Assembly (NCBI GenBank): GCA_024642485.1
Contig: JAHEAY010000002.1
Coordinates: 357-64,356, forward strand
Length of the DNA stretch: 64,000 nt
Source: Cytophagaceae bacterium
Lineage (GTDB): Bacteria; Bacteroidota; Bacteroidia; Cytophagales; Spirosomataceae
Direction of reading: 5' to 3'
Shown: positions 10,158 through 20,021 of the stretch, piece by piece
Layout of the letters: each line of letters starts with the position of its first letter
How positions within the stretch are numbered: position 1 is the stretch's first letter
Made by a program: the position numbers and the translations under genes
Notes under the pieces: generated by a model
What the model saw: only the letters and a program-made list of their open reading frames with translations
Databases searched by the model: none
Told to the model about the DNA's origin: nothing

Positions 10158-11270
10158 ATGGCAAAGCGAAAAACCGACGAATCCGTTAGTAAGAAAATCA
10201 TCTCTTCCTTGATCTGGTTAGGAACCTTGCCATTGTGCCTTTATACGCTACTGACCTATTTATTAAGCTATTCCCTAGTCATTGACCACTGGCTCGCAGG
10301 TTTCATCATGATGACCTTGCCTTATGCCCAAGTGCTCTGTTTTATTTCCTTGATTTATTGGATGTTTCGTCGGGCCAAAAGGGCCCTTTTACCGCTCGTT
10401 GTCCTTGCGCTAGGATATGGATTTATTCCCCGTAGTATCGTTTGGAATACACCAAAACCTGCTGCCAAAAAAGATCTTCGCGTCTTGAGTTATAATGTTT
10501 ATGGGATGTATTCCAATAATTACAGTGGGAATGAGGAGAAGGTCAAGGCATTAAAAAGCTTCATGTTGGACTACCAAGCCGACGTGAAATGCTTTCAAGA
10601 GTTTTATTCGCATGCAGATCGCAAGGCTTATCGCAGCATCAACATGATGAAGGAATCCTATCCGCACTATGCATTCATCCCTTTGAAAGAAGATTTTTTT
10701 GAGGCCAAAGAAAAAATGGGTTTGGCAATTTTCTCGAAATATCCCATCATTCATCAATCAGGCAAGCAATTTGGTAATTCAGCAAATGGCTATTTGTATG
10801 CGGATATTGTTGCCAAAGAAGATACGTTTCGCATCATCAATGTGCAATTATGGTCGATGGGTATTCGCGTAGGACGAGTGACGGGAAAAATACGCGATCA
10901 AGATTATGAAGATGCGAAGAAAGAAGGCCGTGGCATCATGAACTCGCTTCGAAAAGGATTTATTCATCACAAGGATGAAATGTCGCAGATTAATCGGCTT
11001 ATTCAAGAGAGCATGTATCCCGTGATTGTCGTAGGTGACTTGAATGAGACTCCTTATGGATGGGCCTATGGCACCTTGCGGGAACGTTTGAAAAATTCAT
11101 TCGAAGAGGCCGGCAGAGGATTTGGATTTACCTTGAATCGAAGCCCTTATTTGGTGCGAATCGATAATCAATTTTGTTCCAACGATTTTACAGTAAATCA
11201 ATTCGTAACCCTGCGTAACATCAATTATTCCGACCATTTTCCGATCGCGGCGGATTATGAGCTAAAATAA
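10158..11270 (+). CDS. Endonuclease/exonuclease/phosphatase family membrane protein
   Basis: N-terminal TM helices; SYNV, CFQE, GDLN, RID and SDH motifs. Confidence 0.85.
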   Translation: MAKRKTDESVSKKIISSLIWLGTLPLCLYTLLTYLLSYSLVIDHWLAGFIMMTLPYAQVLCFISLIYWMFRRAKRALLPLVVLALGYGFIPRSIVWNTPKPAAKKDLRVLSYNVYGMYSNNYSGNEEKVKALKSFMLDYQADVKCFQEFYSHADRKAYRSINMMKESYPHYAFIPLKEDFFEAKEKMGLAIFSKYPIIHQSGKQFGNSANGYLYADIVAKEDTFRIINVQLWSMGIRVGRVTGKIRDQDYEDAKKEGRGIMNSLRKGFIHHKDEMSQINRLIQESMYPVIVVGDLNETPYGWAYGTLRERLKNSFEEAGRGFGFTLNRSPYLVRIDNQFCSNDFTVNQFVTLRNINYSDHFPIAADYELK

Positions 11271-12512
11271 TGGTCGGAGTTTGAATGAAATCAAGTGGTA
11301 GGTATTCCCTCTTCGAATAAACAATTCCACCTGCTTACCTGCTTTTTTTTTCAAGATTCGATACACCTCTCCCAAACTGTATTGTGTTGATCGTACACCA
11401 TTGATAAGCCAAATTGCATCACCAGGCAACACGCCGGCCTCATCTGCGGGCGAATTTGCTTGAACACTTTCTACCACATAATCACGAAAACGCCCCCCAG
11501 TCGCGCGCAGATTCAAACCTGAAAGCCCCATTTCAAAAGGCCTCCGCCACAGCCTACCAATGGGTTTGAATAGAACATATTGTTGCAAATAATTAAATGT
11601 AACTACATATCGCCGCAAAAACTCACCGCCCAAACTACCCTGAATTCGACTGGTATCTTTCAGTAATTTTGTCAAAGGAAACGCCGTTGGAACATTGGAC
11701 CAAGACCAAGGTCCTAAGCTCAGTTGACTAATTCGACCCATATTTCCCATAATTGCGCCATTTAATCCTTTTCCCAGGTAAACTTCCTGATTTGAAAAGG
11801 AGAACAAACTCGAATCCACACCTGCTCCCTCTAAAAACAATACATGACCCGCCCCTGAGTCCAATAGCAAACGATTCGTTTGTTCGCCTTTTTTACTTAG
11901 GATTTTCGCAGCATGGATATATGGCTTATTATCAGTCACTTCCAACGAAAATTGTTTCCCATTTCTTTTCCGAAGGCGATAATCCTGATTTTGGATTAAT
12001 ATCATCTTTTGCCGTGCATAATCAAGCGTAACAACTAGGTTCGAAAACAATTCATAACCCAACACCCCTTGAATTTGGGTACCCACAAAATCAGAAAGAT
12101 TCAATTGGTCACTAGATACATAGATTAAATTTTGATTCATGGCAATCGCCCTATCCACTTGTAATTTCACTCCAATAACCACCATAGCTTGGATTGCCTC
12201 TCCTTCTCCAAGTCCCTTGAGTTCTATTTTCCTTGTTGCCTTCAAGCCCATTTTTTTAAACACGGTACTATCCGTCAATAGGGTTGTACCTAAACCCGTG
12301 TCGACCAAAAAACGAAGTGTATCTGAATCATTAATTTTAAGGGGTATAACAATCAAATTCGCATGTAACTCAAACGGGATTTCTACTTTTTTTTGTCCGT
12401 TTAACCAATGGAAGCCCAAACCAAATTCTTTTAATGAATCCAGTGTACGCCCATCTCCTTTTGAAGAGAAAAAAAGCAAAACAAAAAAGGTCAACATCCA
12501 GCCTGTTCGCAT
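11262..12512 (-). CDS. Retropepsin-like aspartyl protease with two protease domains and C-terminal PDZ
   Basis: FLVDTG and LLDSGA motifs; PDZ-like SPADEAGVLPGD. Confidence 0.8.
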   Translation of the reverse strand: MRTGWMLTFFVLLFFSSKGDGRTLDSLKEFGLGFHWLNGQKKVEIPFELHANLIVIPLKINDSDTLRFLVDTGLGTTLLTDSTVFKKMGLKATRKIELKGLGEGEAIQAMVVIGVKLQVDRAIAMNQNLIYVSSDQLNLSDFVGTQIQGVLGYELFSNLVVTLDYARQKMILIQNQDYRLRKRNGKQFSLEVTDNKPYIHAAKILSKKGEQTNRLLLDSGAGHVLFLEGAGVDSSLFSFSNQEVYLGKGLNGAIMGNMGRISQLSLGPWSWSNVPTAFPLTKLLKDTSRIQGSLGGEFLRRYVVTFNYLQQYVLFKPIGRLWRRPFEMGLSGLNLRATGGRFRDYVVESVQANSPADEAGVLPGDAIWLINGVRSTQYSLGEVYRILKKKAGKQVELFIRRGNTYHLISFKLRPLF

Positions 12513-12565
12513 GACAATAAAACTACTCAGGTAAAACGAAAAAATCGTCTATTTTTGTCTTTGCT

Positions 12566-13885
12566 ATGAAGAAAAAATCAAGTAATCAATTGTGGAAGGT
12601 GCTGGGCACAAGTTTCGGGGTAGCTGTAACACTCGGCGGAACGGTGGGGACAGGGATTCTTCGCAAGCCCGGCCCTATCGCAGAGCTATTGCATAACCCT
12701 TCGTTGATTATTGGATTATGGCTTCTTGTTGCGGTTTATGCACTTTTGGGCGTAAGCTGCGTACTTGAATTAAGCCTTTCCATCCCAAAGGCCGGCGCTT
12801 GGTATGGCTATGCCGAACGGGCATTTGGACGTTATGTTGGATTTTTAGTTGGTCTAAGTTCTTGGCTTGGCACTGTCACAGCCTTAGGTTTTGGATCTTA
12901 TACGTGTAGTGAATACCTCGCCATTCTTTTTCCTAGCCTACAAGAATATGTATTGTATTGCGCTATTGCCATCCTACTGATCTTATGGTTTTTCCATCAA
13001 ATGGGGGTTGTCCTCGCAGGAAAATCGCAAGAATGGCTGAGTGGGATAAAGGCTTTGGCTCTAATCGGATTTATCATCATTTGTTTCTTGCATGGGGATG
13101 GTGGAACCTGGCATGCTAGCCCTCAATCACCTAGCGGATTACCTCTTTGGTCTGGTATCATGACCGCCTTACTTTCCATTTTCTACGCCTTCGACGGTTG
13201 GCATACCGCTGCTTATTTCACGGAGGAAAATAAAGATCCCGTGAAAAGCATGCCTAAATCCATGTTTATTGGGGTGATTGTTGTTGCCGTGATTTACATA
13301 CTCATCAACATAGGCATCTTGAATACGCTTTCTTGGACAGAATTAAGTCAAAGCAAACTCGCAGCCGCGGATGCCATGCAAAAGATTCTCGGTGCCCAAA
13401 CAGGTCGCTGGGTAACAACGTTTTTGATGCTAAGCATTTTAGGAATCCTCAATACACAGGTCATGTTTGCGCCTCGAGTTATCTTTTCGATGAGTCGGGA
13501 TGGATTATTTTTTATTGGTGCAGGAAAAGTAAATGCCCAAGGTAGCCCCACGGTTGCGACACACATGACGGTGGGCTTGGCATGTTTATTTTTGGTAAGC
13601 AGTCAATCAATTAGCGACCGATTGTCTGACATCGCCACGTTCTTCTTTGTGGCGAGTTATTTAGCGGGCTTTGCTTCATTGTTGCGCTTGAGAAAAACAG
13701 AACCTGAATTGCACCGTCCCTATCGGGTTTGGGCTTATCCCTTTTTGCCATTGTTACTCGTTCTCATTTCGAGCTTATTTTTGGCCGGGACGCTGATTCA
13801 AAATACGTCGAGTATTCCTTTTGTAATTGGATTTATGGCAATAAGCTTCCTCGTTTACCGATTTGGTTTAACGAAGCGCATTTAG
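12566..13885 (+). CDS. APC family amino acid permease
   Basis: GGTVGTGI, AFDGW and RPYRVW motifs; about 12 hydrophobic segments. Confidence 0.85.
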   Translation: MKKKSSNQLWKVLGTSFGVAVTLGGTVGTGILRKPGPIAELLHNPSLIIGLWLLVAVYALLGVSCVLELSLSIPKAGAWYGYAERAFGRYVGFLVGLSSWLGTVTALGFGSYTCSEYLAILFPSLQEYVLYCAIAILLILWFFHQMGVVLAGKSQEWLSGIKALALIGFIIICFLHGDGGTWHASPQSPSGLPLWSGIMTALLSIFYAFDGWHTAAYFTEENKDPVKSMPKSMFIGVIVVAVIYILINIGILNTLSWTELSQSKLAAADAMQKILGAQTGRWVTTFLMLSILGILNTQVMFAPRVIFSMSRDGLFFIGAGKVNAQGSPTVATHMTVGLACLFLVSSQSISDRLSDIATFFFVASYLAGFASLLRLRKTEPELHRPYRVWAYPFLPLLLVLISSLFLAGTLIQNTSSIPFVIGFMAISFLVYRFGLTKRI

Positions 13886-15115
13886 CACGAGCATAACGTC
13901 CTGTTTCATGGCTGTTATCGTCCGATTACCTAAATTTCCCATAATAGAAAACACAAACATTTTCCCTTGCGCATTCAGGTAAAATCCCGCTAAGTTATAT
14001 GTGTTTCCAAAGGAGCCTGATTTCGCATAAAAGCGAGCAGAATTTGTAGCAGGCACCATTTTTCGAACTGTTCCTGTCCGCCCTGATTCCGGCAAAAGCT
14101 TGAATAAACGAGCCTCATCCACTTCTGCTTTCAATTTCAATAAAACCCCAACCAAATCTTTGGGACGCATCAAATTATACCGTGACAGGCCCGAGCCATC
14201 TACCCATTTCAAAGGCAATAACAAAGAATCTTCTTTTCTTAAGTTTTCTATGATTTTGTTGGTCGGGCCAACCCAATTTTTCTGGGCAGCGATAAGATAT
14301 AACAGCTGTTCAGCGATTTGATTATCACTAAAATGTAACATGGGTAGATAAAGACTATCCGTCTTACCTGCATAGGCCAAAGCAGACCGCGCATCGAAGG
14401 ATTTGGGTAATGCCAAAACAGGCTTATTCAGGTGGAAAGATAATAAATCCGCAGTCTGCTTTGCTGAGGTAATATAGGGCACAGCAACGGTGGGCATGTT
14501 TTGAACAGGAGGCACTTCAAATGTATTTGCATGTAGACCCCTTTGCACAAAAGGACTTTCTCCTTTTGTAACTTGCGATACAAAATAGGTCGGAGAAACC
14601 TGAATATTTCCTGAATTGATGGAAATCCGTACCTGATTATTATACATCGGAATGGATGATATTTCAGCAGAATAATCATCTGCATAATCATCCCAGGCCC
14701 ATCCACTCCCTAAAGGACGAACATTTGTATCGGAATCTGCCAAAACCAAGACTTTATGCGAAGCGCCTAACTTTTTCAACAAAGCATCCCCCTTTAAATC
14801 CGGGTGCAATAAGCTAGGATCCCCAGTCCCCCAAAAATATAGGGTATCCTTCGTTTCAAGATACCGATATGTTGGAATGGAATCTGGCAATATACGTGTT
14901 GCTTCCAAAAATGTGACCAATTTGGCATTCGATGCCGGCATGAAATACTGATCAGCTTGATGCTGAAAAACGACTTTTCCTGTCTCCAACTCTTGAATCA
15001 AAACACCTGAAGCTTGTTCATCTAGATGTCCAGCTTTGAAAGCTTTCGTAATTCGGGTACTTGTACATGATGTGGCCATGATGCCAATCACCGTAAGGTA
15101 TGCCAGTAGTTTCAT
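13868..15115 (-). CDS. dacB: D-Ala-D-Ala carboxypeptidase/endopeptidase (peptidase S13, PBP4-like), lipoprotein
   Basis: PASNAK, SDN, DGSGLSR and KSG motifs. Confidence 0.85.
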   Translation of the reverse strand: MKLLAYLTVIGIMATSCTSTRITKAFKAGHLDEQASGVLIQELETGKVVFQHQADQYFMPASNAKLVTFLEATRILPDSIPTYRYLETKDTLYFWGTGDPSLLHPDLKGDALLKKLGASHKVLVLADSDTNVRPLGSGWAWDDYADDYSAEISSIPMYNNQVRISINSGNIQVSPTYFVSQVTKGESPFVQRGLHANTFEVPPVQNMPTVAVPYITSAKQTADLLSFHLNKPVLALPKSFDARSALAYAGKTDSLYLPMLHFSDNQIAEQLLYLIAAQKNWVGPTNKIIENLRKEDSLLLPLKWVDGSGLSRYNLMRPKDLVGVLLKLKAEVDEARLFKLLPESGRTGTVRKMVPATNSARFYAKSGSFGNTYNLAGFYLNAQGKMFVFSIMGNLGNRTITAMKQDVMLVLNALR

Positions 15116-15162
15116 AGCTTAAAGGTAAAAAAAATCTGTATTTTCGTGCTTATTTATACCGA

Positions 15163-16551
15163 ATGCTTGTAGGCTTTGTCATCTTTTATTTAGTGTTAAA
15201 CCTGTTGGTCGGCTGGTTTGCCAGTACCAAAGTTCGCACCACAACGGACTTTGTGTTAGCGGGTCGTACCTTGTCATTTGGATTGGCGACGATGGTCACC
15301 TTCGCTACCTGGTTTGGGTCTGAAACAATGCTCGGCGCTCCTCGAGAATTTGTCCACGGGGGACTTTATGCTGTGATCGAGGAGCCTTTCGGTGCCGCAC
15401 TAGGCTTATTTATTGTAGGAGCCATCTATGCTCGCAAATTATATCCTTTGCCCGTATTAACCTTTAGTGATTTTTTCCGAATTCGCTTTGGGGGCCTATC
15501 TGAAAAAATATCTGCCTTGGTGATGATTCCTTCCTATTTCGGGTGGATCTCTGCCCAATTAGTCGCTCTAGGACTCACCTTGCATCTATTACTGCCCATC
15601 AGCACGGAAATGGGTATTGTCATCGGCGCTTTGTTGGTGATGACCTATACCCTCATGGGAGGTATGTGGTCGATCTCCATCACCGATTTCCTTCATAACA
15701 TCATCTTAATTGTAGGCTTGTTAATTTTGGCCTATTTATTACTGGACAAAATTCCGGATTTGGGGGTATTTGTAGACCAACAACCTAAAGGGTTTTTCCG
15801 GTTTACTCCGCTTTCCTCCGACCCCGTTGAATGGTTAAAATACCTAGGCGCCTGGATGGTAATTGGACTGGGAAGTATTCCACAGCAGGACATTTTCCAA
15901 CGGGTCATGTCGGCAAAAAGTAGCCCCATTGCAGCCAAGGCAAGCATCGCGGCTGGAACAATGTATTTAACTATTGCAATGTTACCCTTGATAATTGGCT
16001 TAATTGGTGTCCGATTATACCCGAGTCTTTTGGCCGACGACACCTTATTAATACCCCATTTGGTCATGCGTTTTATGCCCTATGGGATTCAAATCTTGTT
16101 TTTAGGCGCCTTGCTTTCAGCCTTATTAAGTACAACGAGTGGGGCGATTTTAGCCCCGGCATCCGTATTAGGGGAGAATTTATGGAAACCACTGTTGAAG
16201 CATCCTTCCGACAAAAAAGTATTAGGAATTATCCGCCTTTCAGTGGTATTGGTTACTTCAGCGTGTATCTGGATGGCAGTTAGCCGGCAGAACATTTTTG
16301 AACTCGTAGGCGAGGCCTCTGCATTTAGCTTGGTTTCCTTATTTATTCCGCTGAATGCGGGTTTGTGGTGGAAAAAGGCGAGTCCGATGGGTAGCCATCT
16401 AAGTATGCTTTTCGGTTTATTTGTTTGGGCCTATTTTCATTTTGTTCACCCATCTGAGATTCCTGCCATTTGGTTTGGACTCGTAGCGAGCATGTTGGGC
16501 TTATTTATAGGATCTTATGGATTTCCTATGCCAACCAAGGTTGCTGAATAG
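15163..16551 (+). CDS. Sodium:solute symporter family protein
   Basis: DFVLAGR, ATWFG, GGMWS..TD and QDIFQR motifs. Confidence 0.85.
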   Translation: MLVGFVIFYLVLNLLVGWFASTKVRTTTDFVLAGRTLSFGLATMVTFATWFGSETMLGAPREFVHGGLYAVIEEPFGAALGLFIVGAIYARKLYPLPVLTFSDFFRIRFGGLSEKISALVMIPSYFGWISAQLVALGLTLHLLLPISTEMGIVIGALLVMTYTLMGGMWSISITDFLHNIILIVGLLILAYLLLDKIPDLGVFVDQQPKGFFRFTPLSSDPVEWLKYLGAWMVIGLGSIPQQDIFQRVMSAKSSPIAAKASIAAGTMYLTIAMLPLIIGLIGVRLYPSLLADDTLLIPHLVMRFMPYGIQILFLGALLSALLSTTSGAILAPASVLGENLWKPLLKHPSDKKVLGIIRLSVVLVTSACIWMAVSRQNIFELVGEASAFSLVSLFIPLNAGLWWKKASPMGSHLSMLFGLFVWAYFHFVHPSEIPAIWFGLVASMLGLFIGSYGFPMPTKVAE

Positions 16552-16966
16552 TTCCGATGTATTTTCCTTTTTGTTGGGTCAAAATTAGGTCCAACAAATT
16601 CTCACCCACATTGGGGTACATAATTACGTGAGCGATTTGCTCAATGGGCATCCATAAAACCTCCAAGGCACTTGTTTCATCTACTTGCAATTCCGGGATT
16701 CCCGCAAGTAATTCGCCTTCAAAAAGGATATGCAATACATCATCGCGTTGCTCGCTTCCACTTACTTGGCCCATGAGAAGCATATCACCAACTTCCACAT
16801 CGATGCCTAATTCTTCCATACACTCGCGGGTAATGGTTTCACTCAGCAATTCGCTTGGATCTGGATTTCCTCCTGGAAGGTTATAGATGAATTGTTCCCC
16901 GTACTGATATTTCATCACGAGTAAATGATTGTTTTCAATTAACACTAGGGCTGGTCTGCAACGCAT
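16526..16966 (-). CDS. NUDIX hydrolase
   Basis: Nudix box PGG..(E)..RECMEELG. Confidence 0.85.
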   Translation of the reverse strand: MRCRPALVLIENNHLLVMKYQYGEQFIYNLPGGNPDPSELLSETITRECMEELGIDVEVGDMLLMGQVSGSEQRDDVLHILFEGELLAGIPELQVDETSALEVLWMPIEQIAHVIMYPNVGENLLDLILTQQKGKYIGTIQQPWLA

Positions 16967-17041
16967 AAATTAGGGTAATACATCTTTAAATTAATATTAT
17001 TTTTCGAATTGTCCTACCTTTGCAATGCTAAAACCTGCCAA

Positions 17042-18136
17042 ATGACCGTTCAAGACGTTTGCAATTCCATGGAAACATGGGCGCCATTAAGTTGGCAAGA
17101 ATCCTATGACAACGCCGGACTACTCTGCGGAAGTCGAACACAAGCCGTATCCGGTGTACTCATCAGCTTAGATTGTACGGAAGCTGTCGTTCAAGAAGCC
17201 ATCGCAAAAGGCTGCAACATGATTGTTGCCCACCATCCCATCGTCTTTAAAGGACTTAAATCACTAACGGGCAAAGATTATGTGGAGCGCACGATGATTT
17301 TGGCTATCAAAAACGATGTGGCGATCTATGCGAGTCATACGAATTTAGATCATGCGCCGAAGGGCGTTAGTTACCAATTAGCTCAAACACTAGGCTTGGT
17401 CAATGGACGTGTTCTACGCCCGTTTAAGCAAGACTTAAAGCAATTGACCTACTTCGTCCCAAGCGATGCCGCTGAAATAACTCGGACAGCTTTACATGCA
17501 GCCGGAGCGGGTAACATTGGCAATTATTCCGACTGCAGTTTTAGTCAAACAGGTACTGGTCGATTTACACCGAATGAAATAGCTAATCCAACAATCGGGA
17601 CAAATAATCAAGCGGAGGAAGTTAAAGAAGATCAGGTACAAATGATTTTCCCTACGTATTTGGAAAACAGCATTATCCAAGCTTTAAAGTCCTCACATCC
17701 TTACGAAGAAGTGGCCTATTTCATTCATGGACTAGATAATACTTGGGACGAAGTGGGATCTGGCTACATCGCTGAATTACCGGAAGTGATGGATTCGAAT
17801 GCATTCAGTACCAATTTGAAAGCGCAATTGGGATTAAAGCATTTCCGACATACGGCCTGGTTGGGCAAACCCATCAAACGCATCGCACTATGCGGAGGAG
17901 CTGGAAGTTTTTTACTCAAGGACGCAATTAAAGCAGGCGCGGATGTATTTATCAGTGGGGATTTCAAATATCATGAATTCTTTGATGCGGAAAATCATTG
18001 CACCATTTGCGATATAGGCCATTATGAATCTGAAGTCATGATAAAGGATGCAATCCATGCTTATTTATCAAATAATTTTAGTACTTTTGCCGTTCTGAAA
18101 AGTATGACCAACAGCAATCCTGTGAGTTATGCTTAA
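17042..18136 (+). CDS. Nif3-like dinuclear metal-centre protein with PII-like insert
   Basis: YDNAGL, HHP, HTNLD, HPYEE and GHYESE motifs; TACCTTTG at 17015 favours ATG 17042. Confidence 0.9.
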   Translation: MTVQDVCNSMETWAPLSWQESYDNAGLLCGSRTQAVSGVLISLDCTEAVVQEAIAKGCNMIVAHHPIVFKGLKSLTGKDYVERTMILAIKNDVAIYASHTNLDHAPKGVSYQLAQTLGLVNGRVLRPFKQDLKQLTYFVPSDAAEITRTALHAAGAGNIGNYSDCSFSQTGTGRFTPNEIANPTIGTNNQAEEVKEDQVQMIFPTYLENSIIQALKSSHPYEEVAYFIHGLDNTWDEVGSGYIAELPEVMDSNAFSTNLKAQLGLKHFRHTAWLGKPIKRIALCGGAGSFLLKDAIKAGADVFISGDFKYHEFFDAENHCTICDIGHYESEVMIKDAIHAYLSNNFSTFAVLKSMTNSNPVSYA

Positions 18137-18174
18137 TTTTAGAGCGAATTAATAATTCAAACGCAACAAGAAGA

Positions 18175-19005
18175 ATGGCTACAGTTACCGAAACTACAAT
18201 TGCTCAAAAGTTAGAAGGCTTATTAAAGCTTCAAACCATTGATTCAGCCTTAGACAATATCAAGAAAGTACGAGGTGATTTACCTGAAGAGGTTCGTGAT
18301 TTAGAGGATGAAATCGCTGGTTTAGAAACTCGTTTATCAAAATTTCAAGCAGAAATCAGTTCATTCGAAGAGCAAATTTCGAATTACAAAATTTCTAAAA
18401 AGGACTCTGAGAAGCTTATCATCAAGTACAAAGAGCAACAAATGAATGTTCGCAACAACCGTGAACACGATGCCATTTCAAAAGAAATTGAATTACAAGG
18501 CTTAGAAATGGAGATTGCTGATAAGCGTATCAAAGAAATCGATTTCAAAGTATTGAATAAAAACGACGAAATCGCGAGCGCAGAATCTAATTTACATGAG
18601 CGTAAAAAGGATCTTGAAATCAAACAAAAAGAATTAGAAGTAATCATCAGCGAAAGCGAAGAAGATGAGCTTAAATTCTCAAAAGATCGCGAAAAAGCGT
18701 TGAAGAGCGTTGAAGAACGTTTATTAAAGTCTTACACAAAATTACGTGACAACGCAATCAATGGCCTTGCGGTTGTAATGGTTAAGCGTGGTGCTTGTGG
18801 CGGATGTTTCAGCTCAGTACCTCCACAACGTCAAACAGACATCAAAGACAAGAAGAAATTGATCGTTTGTGAGCATTGCGGACGTATTTTGGCAGGTGTT
18901 GAGGATCCAATCCCAGCGCCAGAAAAAGAGAAAAAACCACGTGGAAAAGCAGCAACTGCAGCAGCAGCGGCCGCAGCGGCGGCGGCAACGCCAGCAGCTG
19001 AATAA
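18175..19005 (+). CDS. Coiled-coil protein with C4 zinc ribbon (CT398/HP0958-like)
   Basis: Long coiled coil, CGGC...CEHCGRIL; usual neighbour of nif3. Confidence 0.88.
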   Translation: MATVTETTIAQKLEGLLKLQTIDSALDNIKKVRGDLPEEVRDLEDEIAGLETRLSKFQAEISSFEEQISNYKISKKDSEKLIIKYKEQQMNVRNNREHDAISKEIELQGLEMEIADKRIKEIDFKVLNKNDEIASAESNLHERKKDLEIKQKELEVIISESEEDELKFSKDREKALKSVEERLLKSYTKLRDNAINGLAVVMVKRGACGGCFSSVPPQRQTDIKDKKKLIVCEHCGRILAGVEDPIPAPEKEKKPRGKAATAAAAAAAAAATPAAE

Positions 19006-19022
19006 GCTTCCTCCCGTAACAT

Positions 19023-19056
19023 AAAAAAAGCTTGACTGTACAGTCAGGCTTTTTTT
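19023..19056 (+). terminator. Terminator of the nif3/zinc-ribbon operon
   Basis: AGCTTGACTG/CAGTCAGGCT stem flanked by A7/T7. Confidence 0.7.
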
Positions 19057-19075
19057 ATGCCCATACAGCAGGCAT

Positions 19076-19106
19076 AAAAAAAGCTCAGCCTTCCGACTGA
19101 GCTTTT
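19076..19106 (-). terminator. accD terminator
   Basis: AAAAGCTCAG/CTGAGCTTTT stem. Confidence 0.7.
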
Positions 19107-19126
19107 CATACATGAAGAAGAGATTC

Positions 19127-19972
19127 TTATTTCTTCAACATCCCTAACAGGGCGCTTAATTTATCCTTCATATCCTTGCGATCAACGATGAAATCCAAGA
19201 AGCCATGATCCAAAACGAAATCAGCGCTTTGGAAACCTTTAGGCAAATCTTTACCAATCGTTTCTTTGATGACACGTGGACCTGCAAAACCAATTAAAGC
19301 ACCTGGCTCCGCGATGTTAAAATCGCCCAACATCGCAAAGGATGCTGTCACACCACCGGTTGTGGGATCTGTCAACAAAGAGATATAAGGAATTTTTGCT
19401 TCTGCTAATAGCGCTAAACGTGCGGAGGTTTTCGCCATTTGCATCAAAGAGAAACCAGCCTCCATCATACGCGCACCACCTGAACGAGAAATCATCAAGA
19501 ATGGCGTTCCTGTTTTCAAGGAATGGTCGATAGCACGAGAAATCTTCTCTCCTACTACGGAACCCATGGAACCTCCGATGAAACTGAAGTCCATCGCAGC
19601 AATCGTAATAGGCTCCCCATTCATGTCGCCATAAGCTGCACGAACGGCATCTTTCAATCCCGTTTTATGCTCCGTCGCTTTCACGCGATCAGTATATTTT
19701 TTTGTATCTGTAAAGTTCAAAGGATCGCCTGAACTCAACATCGGATCTAATTCGGTGTAACGTGATTGATCAAAAAGCAATTCGAAATACTCTTGAGAAC
19801 CAATTTTTTCGTGGTAATTACAGCTTGAGCAGGTAAATGCGAACAAGCGATGCTCCCGCGTATGTAAAGCTTTTTTGCAAGACGGGCATTGATACCAAAG
19901 TCCATCAGGTGCTTCACGTTTAAATTCGGTGGGAGTCTGAATCCCTTTATCTTTTCTTGTAAACCAAGACAT
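19127..19972 (-). CDS. accD: Acetyl-CoA carboxylase carboxyltransferase beta subunit
   Basis: CPSC..CSSC zinc finger, GGSMG, GGARM, PTTGGV. Confidence 0.96.
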   Translation of the reverse strand: MSWFTRKDKGIQTPTEFKREAPDGLWYQCPSCKKALHTREHRLFAFTCSSCNYHEKIGSQEYFELLFDQSRYTELDPMLSSGDPLNFTDTKKYTDRVKATEHKTGLKDAVRAAYGDMNGEPITIAAMDFSFIGGSMGSVVGEKISRAIDHSLKTGTPFLMISRSGGARMMEAGFSLMQMAKTSARLALLAEAKIPYISLLTDPTTGGVTASFAMLGDFNIAEPGALIGFAGPRVIKETIGKDLPKGFQSADFVLDHGFLDFIVDRKDMKDKLSALLGMLKK

Positions 19973-20021
19973 AATGCTAAATTAAATGTTTGCAAAGATA
20001 ATTAAAAAGGCATTAGCTTCT

